Shown piece by piece: positions 18,866 through 29,545 of a stretch of DNA of 64,000 bases. The stretch lies in the IMG/VR virus record IMGVR_UViG_3300011008_000008. The stretch is one strand, 5' to 3'. Every line of letters begins with the position of its first letter. The first letter of the stretch is position 1. Source of the DNA: a virus. Its lineage: Duplodnaviria > Caudoviricetes. Under the pieces are notes generated by a model. It made no database searches. It saw only the letters and a program-made list of their open reading frames with translations, and was not told the DNA's origin. A program made the translations under genes and the position numbers.

Positions 18866-19173
18866 ACATAACAAAATAAAAAATAGGGAAAAATCACCTT
18901 CAATTTTCCCTCTTATTTAGAGTTGTTTTTGAGTCAAAAATAAATTTTGTACGATTCCCTATTATGGAAGGAAAGAACAAACAACCTTCTGTCTCATTTC
19001 TTTTCTTTTTCTCTTTCTTTGTGGCGGTACTGGTATGATGTATCATTGTGCCAGTACTGTATTCATTTTAGAATCCTCTCTTATCATGGACGGCTGTAAG
19101 AATCATCCTTCTAATAGCAAATGCTAAATACTTGGATATACTTTTGATTCTTTGATTTCCGTTCATTTCTTAA

Positions 19174-19250
19174 TGCGGGGTGACGCAGTTGGTTAGCGTT
19201 CCAGCCTCATAAACTGGGTGTCAGGAGTTCGAGTCTCCTCCCCGCAACCA
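19174..19250 (+). tRNA. tRNA-Met(CAT) (or Ile2)
   Basis: cloverleaf, anticodon loop CTCATAA, TTCGA T-loop, encoded CCA. Confidence 0.85.
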
Positions 19251-19316
19251 GATCGTACATAGCATACCTACGGGCGCTATGTCTTTTATCTATGACATTG
19301 CTGTCATAGAATTTTT

Positions 19317-19393
19317 GGTGTCGTAGTTCAATTGGCAAGAATACTGGCCTGTCACGCCAGAGGTTGAGGGTTCGATGCCCTCCGACATCGCCA
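19317..19393 (+). tRNA. tRNA-Asp(GTC)
   Basis: cloverleaf, CTGTCAC loop, G73, CCA. Confidence 0.92.
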
Positions 19394-19426
19394 CGGATTG
19401 GAGTATCCCGGAAAAACTCTTTATAT

Positions 19427-19511
19427 GGGTAAGTCGTATAGTGGCAATTACAGAGGACTGTAAATCCTCCCCTTTCGAGGTTCGTTGGTTCGAGTCCAAC
19501 CTTGCCCACCA
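19427..19511 (+). tRNA. tRNA-Tyr(GTA)
   Basis: cloverleaf, CTGTAAA loop, long variable arm, ACCA. Confidence 0.92.
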
Positions 19512-19524
19512 TAAACCTGATTAT

Positions 19525-19602
19525 GGACGCATAGCTAAATTGGTAAAGCACTTGACTGTTAATCAAGAGATTTTTCTTTGGGTTCGAGTCCCAATGCGTC
19601 CT
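19525..19602 (+). tRNA. tRNA-Asn(GTT), atypical
   Basis: GGACGCA/TGCGTCC acceptor, CTGTTAA loop; 10-nt variable loop, no CCA. Confidence 0.75.
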
Positions 19603-19631
19603 CTCGTGGGATTAATTAAAATTGAAAGAGG

Positions 19632-19817
19632 TTGTTTACTATTAAGAAGATTACTGTTGAAGAAATGAGATTACTTGAAAAGAACGGTATTATTAGAAAT
19701 ACTCAGTATGGTTATATTGATCGTAATGGAAATGTGACAGGCTATTATAGAACTCGTCATAAGGCATATATCGAAGATAAGTATGCAGACATTGCGAAGA
19801 AACTATCTTACAATTAA
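19632..19817 (+). CDS. hypothetical protein
   Basis: TTG start with GAAAGAGG upstream. Confidence 0.65.
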   Translation: MFTIKKITVEEMRLLEKNGIIRNTQYGYIDRNGNVTGYYRTRHKAYIEDKYADIAKKLSYN

Positions 19818-19833
19818 AACAGAGGTTATAAAT

Positions 19834-21036
19834 TTGGAATTTAAAAGATTAAACAATGAAAGCGAAGAACAATTCTTATGGCGTATAGGTCAAGCAAAAG
19901 ATAATGGTTTGATCGACTGCGACTGGTCTGATATCGCTGATATTATGAATAGCGAATTCAGAACTGACGAATCAGAATATCGAACAGAGGCCGCGTATCG
20001 GAAACCATATCAACAGGCCAAGAGATTTTTTGACGCTGGAATCTTTAAAGATCATAATGATAACACTTACATACAAGAACTACGCCAAACCAAAGAAGAA
20101 CTTCGCAAAGAAAAGCAAAAGTTATTTGATGAACGAACTGAATTAAACAGAATACTACGGAACGAAGCACGAGTTGAAAATGATCTTGCTTATCTTGAAA
20201 CTATTATTTCAGACAGAAGCAAAGCAAGATATATACCGCAAGAAATCCCACATATAGATTCAGACAACGATCTTATAATATGCGTGTCTGATTTTCATCT
20301 TGGTATTACGAATCACAATACATTTGGTCAATATGATTCAGACATTGCCGTTGATCGGCTTGCTGAATACTATAATCAGATTGCAGACATTGCAGATAAC
20401 CATAAATGCAAAGATGCATATGTTGTATTCCTTGGCGATCTTATCAATGGAGAAATCCATCTTACCTCCCAATTAGAGAACAGGGAGAATCTAACCGAAC
20501 AAGTACAGAAAGCAGCAGAAAGTTTATCTGATTTTGTTCATTTGCTTAGTGGTTTGTTTGAAACAGTTTATATCAATGGTGTTGCCGGTAATCATAGTCG
20601 TACTTCTTTTAAGGACGAAGTACTTCGCGGAAATAAACTTGACAATCTGATTCCGTGGTATATGAAAGCCGCACTGAAACACATTGAGAATATCAAGTTT
20701 ATCGATGAATATAATTATGATCCCACAATAGGCAAGATCGATATTCGAGGAAATGAGTACTTGCTTGTACATGGAGACTTTGATCAATTCAACGAGGCTG
20801 GCGTATCCAAGCTTGTTATGATGATCGGTCATAAACCGTGTTCTATATTAATGGGTCATATGCATCATAATAGCTATGATGATATCAATGGTGTGAAAAT
20901 TATTCGTAGTGGCAGCTTCGCCGGAACAGGCGATGATTATTGTATTACGAAGAGACTATATGGGAAGCCAAGCCAGATGGCTGTAGTGGTAAATGACAGT
21001 GGCGTAAAATGCTGCTACCCAATTGATTTAGTTTAA
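19834..21036 (+). CDS. calcineurin-like metallophosphoesterase
   Basis: SDFH, GDLING, GNH, HGD, GHMH motifs; start 19834 (or 19783). Confidence 0.85.
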   Translation: MEFKRLNNESEEQFLWRIGQAKDNGLIDCDWSDIADIMNSEFRTDESEYRTEAAYRKPYQQAKRFFDAGIFKDHNDNTYIQELRQTKEELRKEKQKLFDERTELNRILRNEARVENDLAYLETIISDRSKARYIPQEIPHIDSDNDLIICVSDFHLGITNHNTFGQYDSDIAVDRLAEYYNQIADIADNHKCKDAYVVFLGDLINGEIHLTSQLENRENLTEQVQKAAESLSDFVHLLSGLFETVYINGVAGNHSRTSFKDEVLRGNKLDNLIPWYMKAALKHIENIKFIDEYNYDPTIGKIDIRGNEYLLVHGDFDQFNEAGVSKLVMMIGHKPCSILMGHMHHNSYDDINGVKIIRSGSFAGTGDDYCITKRLYGKPSQMAVVVNDSGVKCCYPIDLV

Positions 21037-21053
21037 GAAAGAAGATAGAGAAA

Positions 21054-21332
21054 ATGAAAAAGAGTGATTTGCTAAATAATATTTCAAAGAAAACCGGTAT
21101 TCCGAAGTCGGAGTGCGAAACTGTAATTGATGCTATGATATATGAGATTACTGATTCGCTTATCAATGGTGAGAAAGTATCTATTAAGAGCTTTATGACT
21201 TTTGATCTTGGTTTGCGTGCTGAACGCAATGCCAGAAATCCGTCCACCGGCGAAATCGTGAAGTTCCCTGCCGTTAGGACAGTAAAGTGTAAAATGAGCA
21301 GAGAAATAAAAGACGCAATTAATAACAAATGA
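21054..21332 (+). CDS. HU family DNA-binding protein
   Basis: MKKSDLL..IS...ERNARNPSTGE...PA..TVK. Confidence 0.92.
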   Translation: MKKSDLLNNISKKTGIPKSECETVIDAMIYEITDSLINGEKVSIKSFMTFDLGLRAERNARNPSTGEIVKFPAVRTVKCKMSREIKDAINNK

Positions 21333-21345
21333 TTGGAGAAAATAG

Positions 21346-22131
21346 ATGAAGAAGTGTGATTTAACAGATATATACGAACTTGCAGATATAATCTATGATC
21401 AAGCAGCAGATGGTAATTGGGTTTATGCAACTTTATTTTATGACGATGCTACAGAACTAATGAGGGCGTTACTTGATTATGAAGATGTTTCTGTTCAATG
21501 TATTGATATCGCAGACGATACCATAGATGGATACAACAAAGAGTATCATGTTGCTTTAGATCCTAATCTGTCCCTTGCCGTTGAACATGCTTGGCAGGAT
21601 AAGAATGAATGGAATGAAGCTGGTTATTTATACTTTGAGGCTGATGTCTTGTATATTGATGGATCAGCTAATTATGCCGTTGTTAAAAGGCAGGGCAATC
21701 CAGAATGTGATGTTTATGAATTAGAAATCGAAGATAGTATAGAATTTGATGATGAATCAGATGAATCAGATTTTTGCAGTCTACTTGACTTTTTATTGGA
21801 TGTTATCGAAGGTGCTATCTCCGAAGATGATTCAGAGTATGACGAAGATAAAAACGATGAGGTTTTAGAGTTTATTCATCGTAGATTCCCGTGGGAATTA
21901 ATATGGGATTATGAGAATTGTTATTATTTTGCACTCATCCTAAAAGATAGATTCCCTGGTGGAGAAATTTTCTATGATGTAATCAACGGTCATTTTTCTT
22001 ATAAGTATAAAGGCAAGCATTATGACCACACAGGCGTAATTAATCCGGACGGCTACTTGGTGAATTGGGAAAAGTTTGATGATTATGATTCAATACAAAA
22101 GAAAAGAATTATTCGTGATTGCATAAAGTAA
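21346..22131 (+). CDS. acidic hypothetical protein with C-terminal Cys-His-Asp domain
   Basis: NCYYFALIL...NGHF...YDHTG after acidic linker. Confidence 0.7.
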   Translation: MKKCDLTDIYELADIIYDQAADGNWVYATLFYDDATELMRALLDYEDVSVQCIDIADDTIDGYNKEYHVALDPNLSLAVEHAWQDKNEWNEAGYLYFEADVLYIDGSANYAVVKRQGNPECDVYELEIEDSIEFDDESDESDFCSLLDFLLDVIEGAISEDDSEYDEDKNDEVLEFIHRRFPWELIWDYENCYYFALILKDRFPGGEIFYDVINGHFSYKYKGKHYDHTGVINPDGYLVNWEKFDDYDSIQKKRIIRDCIK

Positions 22132-22164
22132 TTCAACGATTCACATAAATAGGATGATGATAGA

Positions 22165-23064
22165 ATGCCAAATGTAATACAAAGTGATAAATATACCTGT
22201 TGTGAGTGCGGCAATTCATTACCAAAGAATAAATTCTTTAAAAGTTCAAGCAGTATATTTTCAGGCATTGGGCATCTTCCTATATGCAAAGACTGTTTGG
22301 AACGAGAATTAAAAAAATACAAAATTGAATATCATGGCGATAACAATAGAGCTATGCAGCGCTTATGTATGATGTTTGACATATACTATGACGCTGCATT
22401 ATTTGAATCCTGTGATGGTAATGATGAGAAGGTTGTCGGCAACTATATTAGAAAAACAAACCTTGGACAATACAAAAACAGAACGTTTGATACTTCTGTT
22501 GAAGAAGGATTTGTCTTTATCGACGGCAACTCTTTAGAAGATAATTCAAAGCCAGTAGTCGAAAATCCTCCCAATCCAAAGTTGGTTGAAAAGTGGGGCG
22601 GAGGTTTATCGAATATAGATTATGATGAACTTGAAAAGCATTATAAGTATTTAAAATCTGCCAATCCAAATTGTGATAGTAACCAAGAAATATTTATTGT
22701 AGAGCTGTGCTACACAAAGATGCAGCAAATGAAAGCTGTGCGTGAGGGGCGCGTAGATGATTACAAGAAACTCGCTGATTCATACCGACAGTCGTTTTCA
22801 CAAGCTGGTTTGAAAACTGTGCGAGACACAAGTGCCAGCGAAGGATTTACTATAGGCGTCAATGCAGAATTAATTGAGAAGTACACTCCAGCAGAGTATT
22901 ATAAAAATAAACAGCTTTATAAGGATTATGATAATATCCAAGATTATATTGAGCGCTTTCTATTACGTCCGCTTCGCAATTTGAAATTTGGTTCAACTGA
23001 TCGTGATCATGAGTATTATGTAAAGGATGAAGATGATTCAGATGATTTCATCGACGATGAATAA
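22165..23064 (+). CDS. zinc-finger protein upstream of terminase (YonG-like; possible small terminase subunit)
   Basis: CCEC...CKDC; synteny. Confidence 0.55.
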   Translation: MPNVIQSDKYTCCECGNSLPKNKFFKSSSSIFSGIGHLPICKDCLERELKKYKIEYHGDNNRAMQRLCMMFDIYYDAALFESCDGNDEKVVGNYIRKTNLGQYKNRTFDTSVEEGFVFIDGNSLEDNSKPVVENPPNPKLVEKWGGGLSNIDYDELEKHYKYLKSANPNCDSNQEIFIVELCYTKMQQMKAVREGRVDDYKKLADSYRQSFSQAGLKTVRDTSASEGFTIGVNAELIEKYTPAEYYKNKQLYKDYDNIQDYIERFLLRPLRNLKFGSTDRDHEYYVKDEDDSDDFIDDE

Positions 23065-24880
23065 AAAGCGACCAGTCAATTGCGATGCAGACGAAAAGCA
23101 ATCAAGTTTATATACATTATTTCCGCCAGATAGTCTATTGGGAGACGAAACTTTTACAGATCATTTCATACAATGGGTAACTTTTTTTAGGAGAAATCTA
23201 CATAGGTTTGCAATGGATTATCTTGGATTGAAACTGCACTTATATCAGATAATCATGTTATATCTGATGGGCATATGTCAATTCTTTGTTGTCATTGCAA
23301 GCCGTGCATCTGCCAAGTCATTTATTATTGCCCTGTACGCTTGTTGCAGATGTATACTATACCCAAATTCAAAAGTTGTTCTTGCATCGGGTACTAAGGG
23401 GCAATCTAAACTATTAGTTTCTGAAAAGATACAAAAAGAATTGATGTCCTTGTCCCCCGCCCTATGCAAAGAGATTTTAAAAATCAAAGATAATCAAAAT
23501 GAAGTAATTGTCTATTTCAGAAACAATAGTACAATCACTGTTGTTCCCGCCAATGAGAATGCGAGAGGTTATCGTTCAAACGTTATTGTTCGAGAAGAGT
23601 TTAGACAAATCAAGAAGTTTGTTGACGATAGTATTTTATCTCCTTTCCAAATTATAAGGCAAACACCATATATGAGCGATTCTTTTTATTCTGGCAATAA
23701 AGATCTGCAGGAAGAATCTGTTGATATTTATATTAGTTCAAGTTGGTTTGACGATGGTCAAAACTGGATGTGGAATATTGCAGATCAAGCATACGATGAT
23801 ATGCTCAAGAATAAGCAATCATATCTTCTCGCATTTGATGAATCAATTGCTTTGAAGCATAATATCAAGTCAATGCGTTATTTCCAGACAGAGAAGAAAA
23901 AGCAAGACCCTATCACATGGCAAATTGAATTTCTTAATGCTCGATTGCGCGAAAACCATTCTGCGTTCTTCACCTATAATATGTTACAGCAGAACCAGCG
24001 GGCCAAGAAACCATTTTATCCCAGGACATTGCTTGACTTTAGAATGAACAAAAAGAATCCTTATGATATACCAAAGCAGAAGAACGAGATACGAATAGTA
24101 GCTTGTGATATGGCTTTTATTGAAAATAAAAAGAACGACAATTCCATATACTCTTGTATTAGATTGCTTCCTGAATGTACTACCTATAACAAAGCGGCTA
24201 CCGAGGAAATCACAGTAGACAACGGTTATAGAAGGATAGTTCCATATATGGAATCTGCTCAAGGCGGAGATGTCGTAAGGCAAGCTACGAGGATCAGAGA
24301 ATTATTCGATGACTTCAGCGCGGATTATATTGTTCTCGATATGAGAAACGCCGGTATCGCAATATATGATCTATTAGCAAAAGTCATGTACGATGAGGAT
24401 AGAGGTATTGAATACTCTCCTCTATCTTGTATGAACGATGATTCAATCGCAAATAGGATAAAGGTAGATGGAGCCTTGCCCTGCATATTTGCAATTAATG
24501 CTTCACAGAAATTGAATAGCGATATTGCATTAGATTTTAGGCGTATATTAGAAACTAAGAAGATTGATTTCTTGGTTTCTTTTGAGCAAGCCAACGAGGA
24601 AATATTACCAAACATAAAAGAATATGTTGGATCGCCTGATGCGGAAACACAAATATTTTATGAATCTCCATTCCTGGAGACACAGGCTTTAATTAGTGAA
24701 ACGACAAGTCTGATATATGAGAAGAAACAAGATACCGGTGTAATCGTTGTGCGTGAGCAAGGAGTAAACAGGAAGGATAGATATACAAGCTGTAGCTATG
24801 GTTCCTACTTCGCGTCTCTATTGGAAAAAGATTTAGTTTCACACAACGAGGATTATGAATTTGCTACTTTTATAAATTAG
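23027..24880 (+). CDS. terminase large subunit
   Basis: LHLYQ Q-motif, ASRASAKS, ARGYRSN..VREE, nuclease CDMA...KDRY; precedes portal. Confidence 0.88.
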   Translation: MKMIQMISSTMNKKRPVNCDADEKQSSLYTLFPPDSLLGDETFTDHFIQWVTFFRRNLHRFAMDYLGLKLHLYQIIMLYLMGICQFFVVIASRASAKSFIIALYACCRCILYPNSKVVLASGTKGQSKLLVSEKIQKELMSLSPALCKEILKIKDNQNEVIVYFRNNSTITVVPANENARGYRSNVIVREEFRQIKKFVDDSILSPFQIIRQTPYMSDSFYSGNKDLQEESVDIYISSSWFDDGQNWMWNIADQAYDDMLKNKQSYLLAFDESIALKHNIKSMRYFQTEKKKQDPITWQIEFLNARLRENHSAFFTYNMLQQNQRAKKPFYPRTLLDFRMNKKNPYDIPKQKNEIRIVACDMAFIENKKNDNSIYSCIRLLPECTTYNKAATEEITVDNGYRRIVPYMESAQGGDVVRQATRIRELFDDFSADYIVLDMRNAGIAIYDLLAKVMYDEDRGIEYSPLSCMNDDSIANRIKVDGALPCIFAINASQKLNSDIALDFRRILETKKIDFLVSFEQANEEILPNIKEYVGSPDAETQIFYESPFLETQALISETTSLIYEKKQDTGVIVVREQGVNRKDRYTSCSYGSYFASLLEKDLVSHNEDYEFATFIN

Positions 24881-24892
24881 GAGGACGATTTA

Positions 24893-26557
24893 ATGAAAGA
24901 AAACATTACGACCTCTAATGCTGCCAAACAAGGAAATCGTCCTCGCAAGTCTAACACTAAACAGCCAAATGTTGGTCTTAGAGAAGATAAGAAGGTTCAA
25001 AACGAATTCAATTCTTATATTGGTTCTAAAGAATATTCATACTTCTATTTCGGTCTTAATATTTTAGATATGTATAAGCCGGAACAATTGGCGGCATTAG
25101 TTAAAGACCCTATAGCTAATAACAAGACATTACGAGATATTTCCTTAATGCTCTATGGTACTAATGGTACATATACAAATGTTGTTGATTATATGACATC
25201 TTTACCAACGTTGAGCAAAGTCATTATACCACATGGAAAAAGCGAAAACAAAAAGAGGAAAAACAAGTCATTAATGATTTCTGTCCTTAGAGCAATCAAG
25301 GATAAAGAGTTTATCCGAGACGCTCTATTTAAAGGAATGGTTGAGGGCGTTGCTTTCTATTATTTTGAAACGCAAGGAATGCCTACAGACAACAAGAAGT
25401 TTCTCACAGACTATGATGTTTATAATGTATTGGAAATAAACGAGCTTGGTTTTAATGCCAGCATCATTCCGCTTCCAGTTGATTATACTCAAATTGTTGG
25501 TTTGAAGAATAACGATTATGTTCTTGCTTTTAATCTGGATTATTTTGATATTTGCCCAAATGAACCAGTTGAGCGTAAGCTTAGGAAATATCCAAAGGAA
25601 ATCAGAGATGCTTATTACAAGCGGCGCAATCAAGAGCAAGAGTCCGATACGGGCAATTGGGTAATACTTGATAACACAAAAACTATTGTTCATAAGATAA
25701 GGTCAAAGTCCGAGGAAAAGTTTGGTAGGCCACTTGTACTTGCGGCAATCATGGATATTCTTTATAGGGATTATTTCACTGATACAAAGCGGAATGTGTT
25801 GGATGAAATCAATAACCGCATTGTTTATCAAACATTCCCGGAGGGCAAGGACAAGGGCACGTCTGCATTGACAAAGGTTCAACAGGAGAATCAGCACAAT
25901 GCTGTAAAGAGTGCTGTATTAAATAAGAATAATCGTGGTGGCGTATCATTCTTTTCTATCGCCGCTGGAACAAAGATTACTGCCTTAGACACAACCAATA
26001 TAGATATTTTCGATGAGAAGAATGAAGCAGACCTCGACAACAAAATTGCCTTGGCTCTTGGCTTCGCTGGAAATGCTCTGTCCGGAAGCGGCAGCGGTAG
26101 TTATTCTGCCCAGGAATCAAATCTTGAACTGGTTACTTCTCAGATCTATCAGTGGATCGGACAAATTCAGAATGAGCTGAATAAGTGTATCAATGCCAAT
26201 ATAATCAAAGATTCACGAAATTGGGTTGATGTTGAATACCTTCCCATTACTCATTTGAATAAAAAGAGTATGGTCAATTATGCCAAGGAACTGTATCTTG
26301 AAGGTAGTGGCAGCTTATCACTATGGGTTGCGTCATGTGGTATTTCTCCAGATGCTTATTTTGCATTACTTGATGAGGAACTTGAAAATAATATTTATGA
26401 TAAGTACAAGCCACATCAGACTTCATATACATATTCCAATAAAACATCTTCTACGGACAAGGGTGGCAGACCTGTTTCTGATACACCATCTGATAGCACT
26501 ATATTATCCAGAAGTAATAATGGTAATGCCTTGCCTACTCCGAGCGATAATGAATAA
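24893..26557 (+). CDS. portal protein
   Basis: 554 aa after terminase, GRP motif near C-terminus; synteny. Confidence 0.8.
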   Translation: MKENITTSNAAKQGNRPRKSNTKQPNVGLREDKKVQNEFNSYIGSKEYSYFYFGLNILDMYKPEQLAALVKDPIANNKTLRDISLMLYGTNGTYTNVVDYMTSLPTLSKVIIPHGKSENKKRKNKSLMISVLRAIKDKEFIRDALFKGMVEGVAFYYFETQGMPTDNKKFLTDYDVYNVLEINELGFNASIIPLPVDYTQIVGLKNNDYVLAFNLDYFDICPNEPVERKLRKYPKEIRDAYYKRRNQEQESDTGNWVILDNTKTIVHKIRSKSEEKFGRPLVLAAIMDILYRDYFTDTKRNVLDEINNRIVYQTFPEGKDKGTSALTKVQQENQHNAVKSAVLNKNNRGGVSFFSIAAGTKITALDTTNIDIFDEKNEADLDNKIALALGFAGNALSGSGSGSYSAQESNLELVTSQIYQWIGQIQNELNKCINANIIKDSRNWVDVEYLPITHLNKKSMVNYAKELYLEGSGSLSLWVASCGISPDAYFALLDEELENNIYDKYKPHQTSYTYSNKTSSTDKGGRPVSDTPSDSTILSRSNNGNALPTPSDNE

Positions 26558-26624
26558 AGCTATTATTTGATTGTAATATATATTCCTTACAACAAATAGT
26601 TATTTTAGAAAGGTGGTGTAAGTT

Positions 26625-27836
26625 GTGAAAACATTTGAACTCTCCAAGCAGATGAGCAGAAATGGTCGAAGAAAATTCACTATGGTTCTGCATGAAATAT
26701 ATCCAGACGATTGCGTTGATGAAAGTATTGAACAAGGCACTGTTTATAATAAAAACGGAATTACATGGATACGTGAATACTGCGAAAATGCTCTTGATTC
26801 AATTAAAGATATGAGTCTACGCGCTGAGTTTCTGGACGATGATCGTACAGAGATTTGCGGCCACGGCGAAACAGGCGTAGAAGATGGATTGCCTATTTTT
26901 GAAAATGCTGATATTCTCGGACATTTTACTAAAGGATATATCGATACAATTACAGACGAAGATGGAATAGAACATACTGTTATGCTGGCAGATGGGTATA
27001 TTGATGAAATGTGCCACAAGAACTATGTTAAGAAGCTGGAAGAAGACATCGAAAATAATAATCCACCTTTCGGCAGTGTCGAGATATTCCGAACAGATAA
27101 CAACGATAGGATTATATATAAATACGGTTACAAACGTGAAGGGAGAATACCTACAGAGTTTGTATATAGTGGCTATGCCCTATTGGGTGTTACACCCGCC
27201 GATGATCAGGCTAAGATCATCGAGCTAAACGAACAAAACAAGGAGGATGGATGTACTATGACTGAGGCTGAAATCAAGGCTCTCGTTGAACAAACAGTTA
27301 ATGAGATGTCTAATCATACTGCCGAAATTAATGAGTGCAAGCAGAATTGCGAGGCGCAGATAAATGAAGCCAACGCCGCGAAGGATGCTGCAATTAATGA
27401 AAAGAATGAAGCGATTGCTAATTCTGAGCAGATTCAGGCCGCGCTTGATGAATGTCGTAACGAACTAAGCGAGGCTTATAGGAAGATTGATGGTTTATAT
27501 GCCGAGATGAATGTTTTAAATGAGGAGCTTGGCAAGGCTAAGGCTAAGGAGCGCATTGGCGAATTGAATGATGCTCTTTCTCGTTTTAACGATGAACAGC
27601 GCGAATATGCCAAGGATGAAATCGAGAGCTTTAAGGCTGATCCCGTCAATTCTGAATTGAACGCAGTCGTGGATAAGATTCTAAGAGAGATTGGTAATAA
27701 GACTATGGAGGACGCTGCCGCCAAGGAAGCTGAAATGATTGCTGAACAGAATGCAGCAAACATTAGTGATATAGATATTTTTAGTGGCGTAGCTAATCCG
27801 GTTGAGCCAAATATTGAAGATACCAATATCTTTTAA
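26625..27836 (+). CDS. prohead protease/scaffold
   Basis: NKNG...HG...GSVEI protease-like N-terminus with coiled-coil C-terminus. Confidence 0.7.
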   Translation: MKTFELSKQMSRNGRRKFTMVLHEIYPDDCVDESIEQGTVYNKNGITWIREYCENALDSIKDMSLRAEFLDDDRTEICGHGETGVEDGLPIFENADILGHFTKGYIDTITDEDGIEHTVMLADGYIDEMCHKNYVKKLEEDIENNNPPFGSVEIFRTDNNDRIIYKYGYKREGRIPTEFVYSGYALLGVTPADDQAKIIELNEQNKEDGCTMTEAEIKALVEQTVNEMSNHTAEINECKQNCEAQINEANAAKDAAINEKNEAIANSEQIQAALDECRNELSEAYRKIDGLYAEMNVLNEELGKAKAKERIGELNDALSRFNDEQREYAKDEIESFKADPVNSELNAVVDKILREIGNKTMEDAAAKEAEMIAEQNAANISDIDIFSGVANPVEPNIEDTNIF

Positions 27837-27860
27837 TTCATTGAAAGGAAGGACAATACA

Positions 27861-28313
27861 ATGATTAAGTGCGAAACTGTTGGAATGATTGAAGTTTCTA
27901 AGAATAACCCCCTGCTAACATCCGAAAAAGATGTTGCCAATTATGATTTTATTACTGTTGATGAGCTCCTGTATCTGATTTGCAACACCATAGTTGGTGA
28001 TGATGCCTATCGTGATGCTGTCACCATCAAGGCTGGCGAGTTCCTGAATGGTTATCAGGTAGATGCTTGGGTTGGTCAGAAGCTTGTCGTGGATGAGTCT
28101 CATATCGCTTATGCCGATGGCAAGACTTATGCTGATTTGAAAGTCGCCGATCCTGATGCTGATCCCGCCGTTGAAGCTACTCTTCTGACCGTGAACGACG
28201 AAGGTAAGCTGGCCGTTGCTGCTTCTACTCCTGCGTCTGGCATTTACTTCAAGGTGACTGATAAGGTTACTCTGACCGAAAAGGCTGTTAAGGTGCTTGT
28301 TTGTGCTGCTTAA
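27861..28313 (+). CDS. head decoration/structural protein
   Basis: between scaffold and capsid, highly biased codons. Confidence 0.6.
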   Translation: MIKCETVGMIEVSKNNPLLTSEKDVANYDFITVDELLYLICNTIVGDDAYRDAVTIKAGEFLNGYQVDAWVGQKLVVDESHIAYADGKTYADLKVADPDADPAVEATLLTVNDEGKLAVAASTPASGIYFKVTDKVTLTEKAVKVLVCAA

Positions 28314-28353
28314 TAGTTAGGTTATTCTAATTCTGAAAGGAAGGTTTATTTGC

Positions 28354-29454
28354 ATGAATACTTATGAACTAAATAACATCCGCAAGGATGCTGATATTTT
28401 TTCTGGTAAGTTCAATCAGCACTCTCCCGTTGTTGAGATTTTTACAGCGATGGTGAATGGTGAGGATTTGGCTCGCTTTGGCAAGAAGGGCGACGAGGCC
28501 GTTAAGTATATTAAGGGTCTGGGCGATAAGGCCGCGAACGGTGATACAAGTGCTGTTGCCGAGCTGAATACCCTGCGTCGTTTCATGATTGAAGGCCCCG
28601 TGATGGAGGAAATCAAGCTGCTGGGTATCTTTGGTTCTTATCAGAATGTTGGATACGATGAGACTATTGAGCGCGAAGTGTACACCGAGGGCGGCGAGTA
28701 TTCCCGCGAACAGGCTGCTAATGGCGATGTGGTGTTCCCGGTGATCACCAAGCAGGTCTATCCTGTGTCTTCTTTCACCATTTCTGGCGGCTATGCTGTG
28801 GACTATCGTCGGGTTGCCCTGGGCGATATGAGCAAGGAAAATGAGGGCATGGCTCATGTGCGTACTGACATTGCCAACCGTGCGAAGCTGGCTGTGGTGA
28901 AGCGCGTGTACGATGCTATCAAGAACGCCACTGGCGTGAAGTATATGTATGAGTTTGCTGGTCTGACCAAGGCTGGTGTGGATAAGGTGCTGACCGATGT
29001 CCGTCGTGTTGGCCGTCCTACTGTTGTCGGCGACTATGCTGTGATTTCTCAGTTTACCCCTTGGGCTGGCTATGTTGGCTCTATTAATAGCAATACCATT
29101 ACTGGCATTTCAGAGAAGATCATGAACGAGCTACAGGCCAATGGTACTCTGTCCATGTACAATGGTGCTATTCTGACTGAAATGGCGAATCCCTACAACT
29201 ACTTCAAGCTGAATGCTGCTGGCGATAACTTTGAGACCCTTCTGCCCGCTGGTCTGGCTTTTGTTATTCCTACTGGTGCTGAGTCTCCGATTGCTACCTG
29301 GACTCGTGGCGGTCTTACCAGCTTCACTGGTAACGATGTTAAGACTGGCAAGATTATCTCCCGCTTCGATCTTGAGGTTGCGGTGGATGTCGCTAAGACT
29401 AAGGAGCATCAGATTGGTGTTATCTATGACACCAATGTTGGTGGACTTCAGTAA
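28354..29454 (+). CDS. major capsid protein
   Basis: 366 aa, strong codon bias, followed by hairpin; synteny. Confidence 0.8.
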   Translation: MNTYELNNIRKDADIFSGKFNQHSPVVEIFTAMVNGEDLARFGKKGDEAVKYIKGLGDKAANGDTSAVAELNTLRRFMIEGPVMEEIKLLGIFGSYQNVGYDETIEREVYTEGGEYSREQAANGDVVFPVITKQVYPVSSFTISGGYAVDYRRVALGDMSKENEGMAHVRTDIANRAKLAVVKRVYDAIKNATGVKYMYEFAGLTKAGVDKVLTDVRRVGRPTVVGDYAVISQFTPWAGYVGSINSNTITGISEKIMNELQANGTLSMYNGAILTEMANPYNYFKLNAAGDNFETLLPAGLAFVIPTGAESPIATWTRGGLTSFTGNDVKTGKIISRFDLEVAVDVAKTKEHQIGVIYDTNVGGLQ

Positions 29455-29465
29455 TTGATAAACAC

Positions 29466-29501
29466 CTTAGTGCGGATTGTTGTTTGATAATCCGCACTAA
29501 G
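29466..29501 (+). terminator. stem-loop after capsid gene
   Basis: CTTAGTGCGGATT/AATCCGCACTAAG 13-bp stem. Confidence 0.75.
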
Positions 29502-29545
29502 TTATATATCGAAAGTGAAATAGGTTTAAGAAATGAGGTATAATA

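Noticed and set aside
19207-19668. ORFs overlapping the tRNA cluster
   Set aside because: Spurious translations of tRNA genes.
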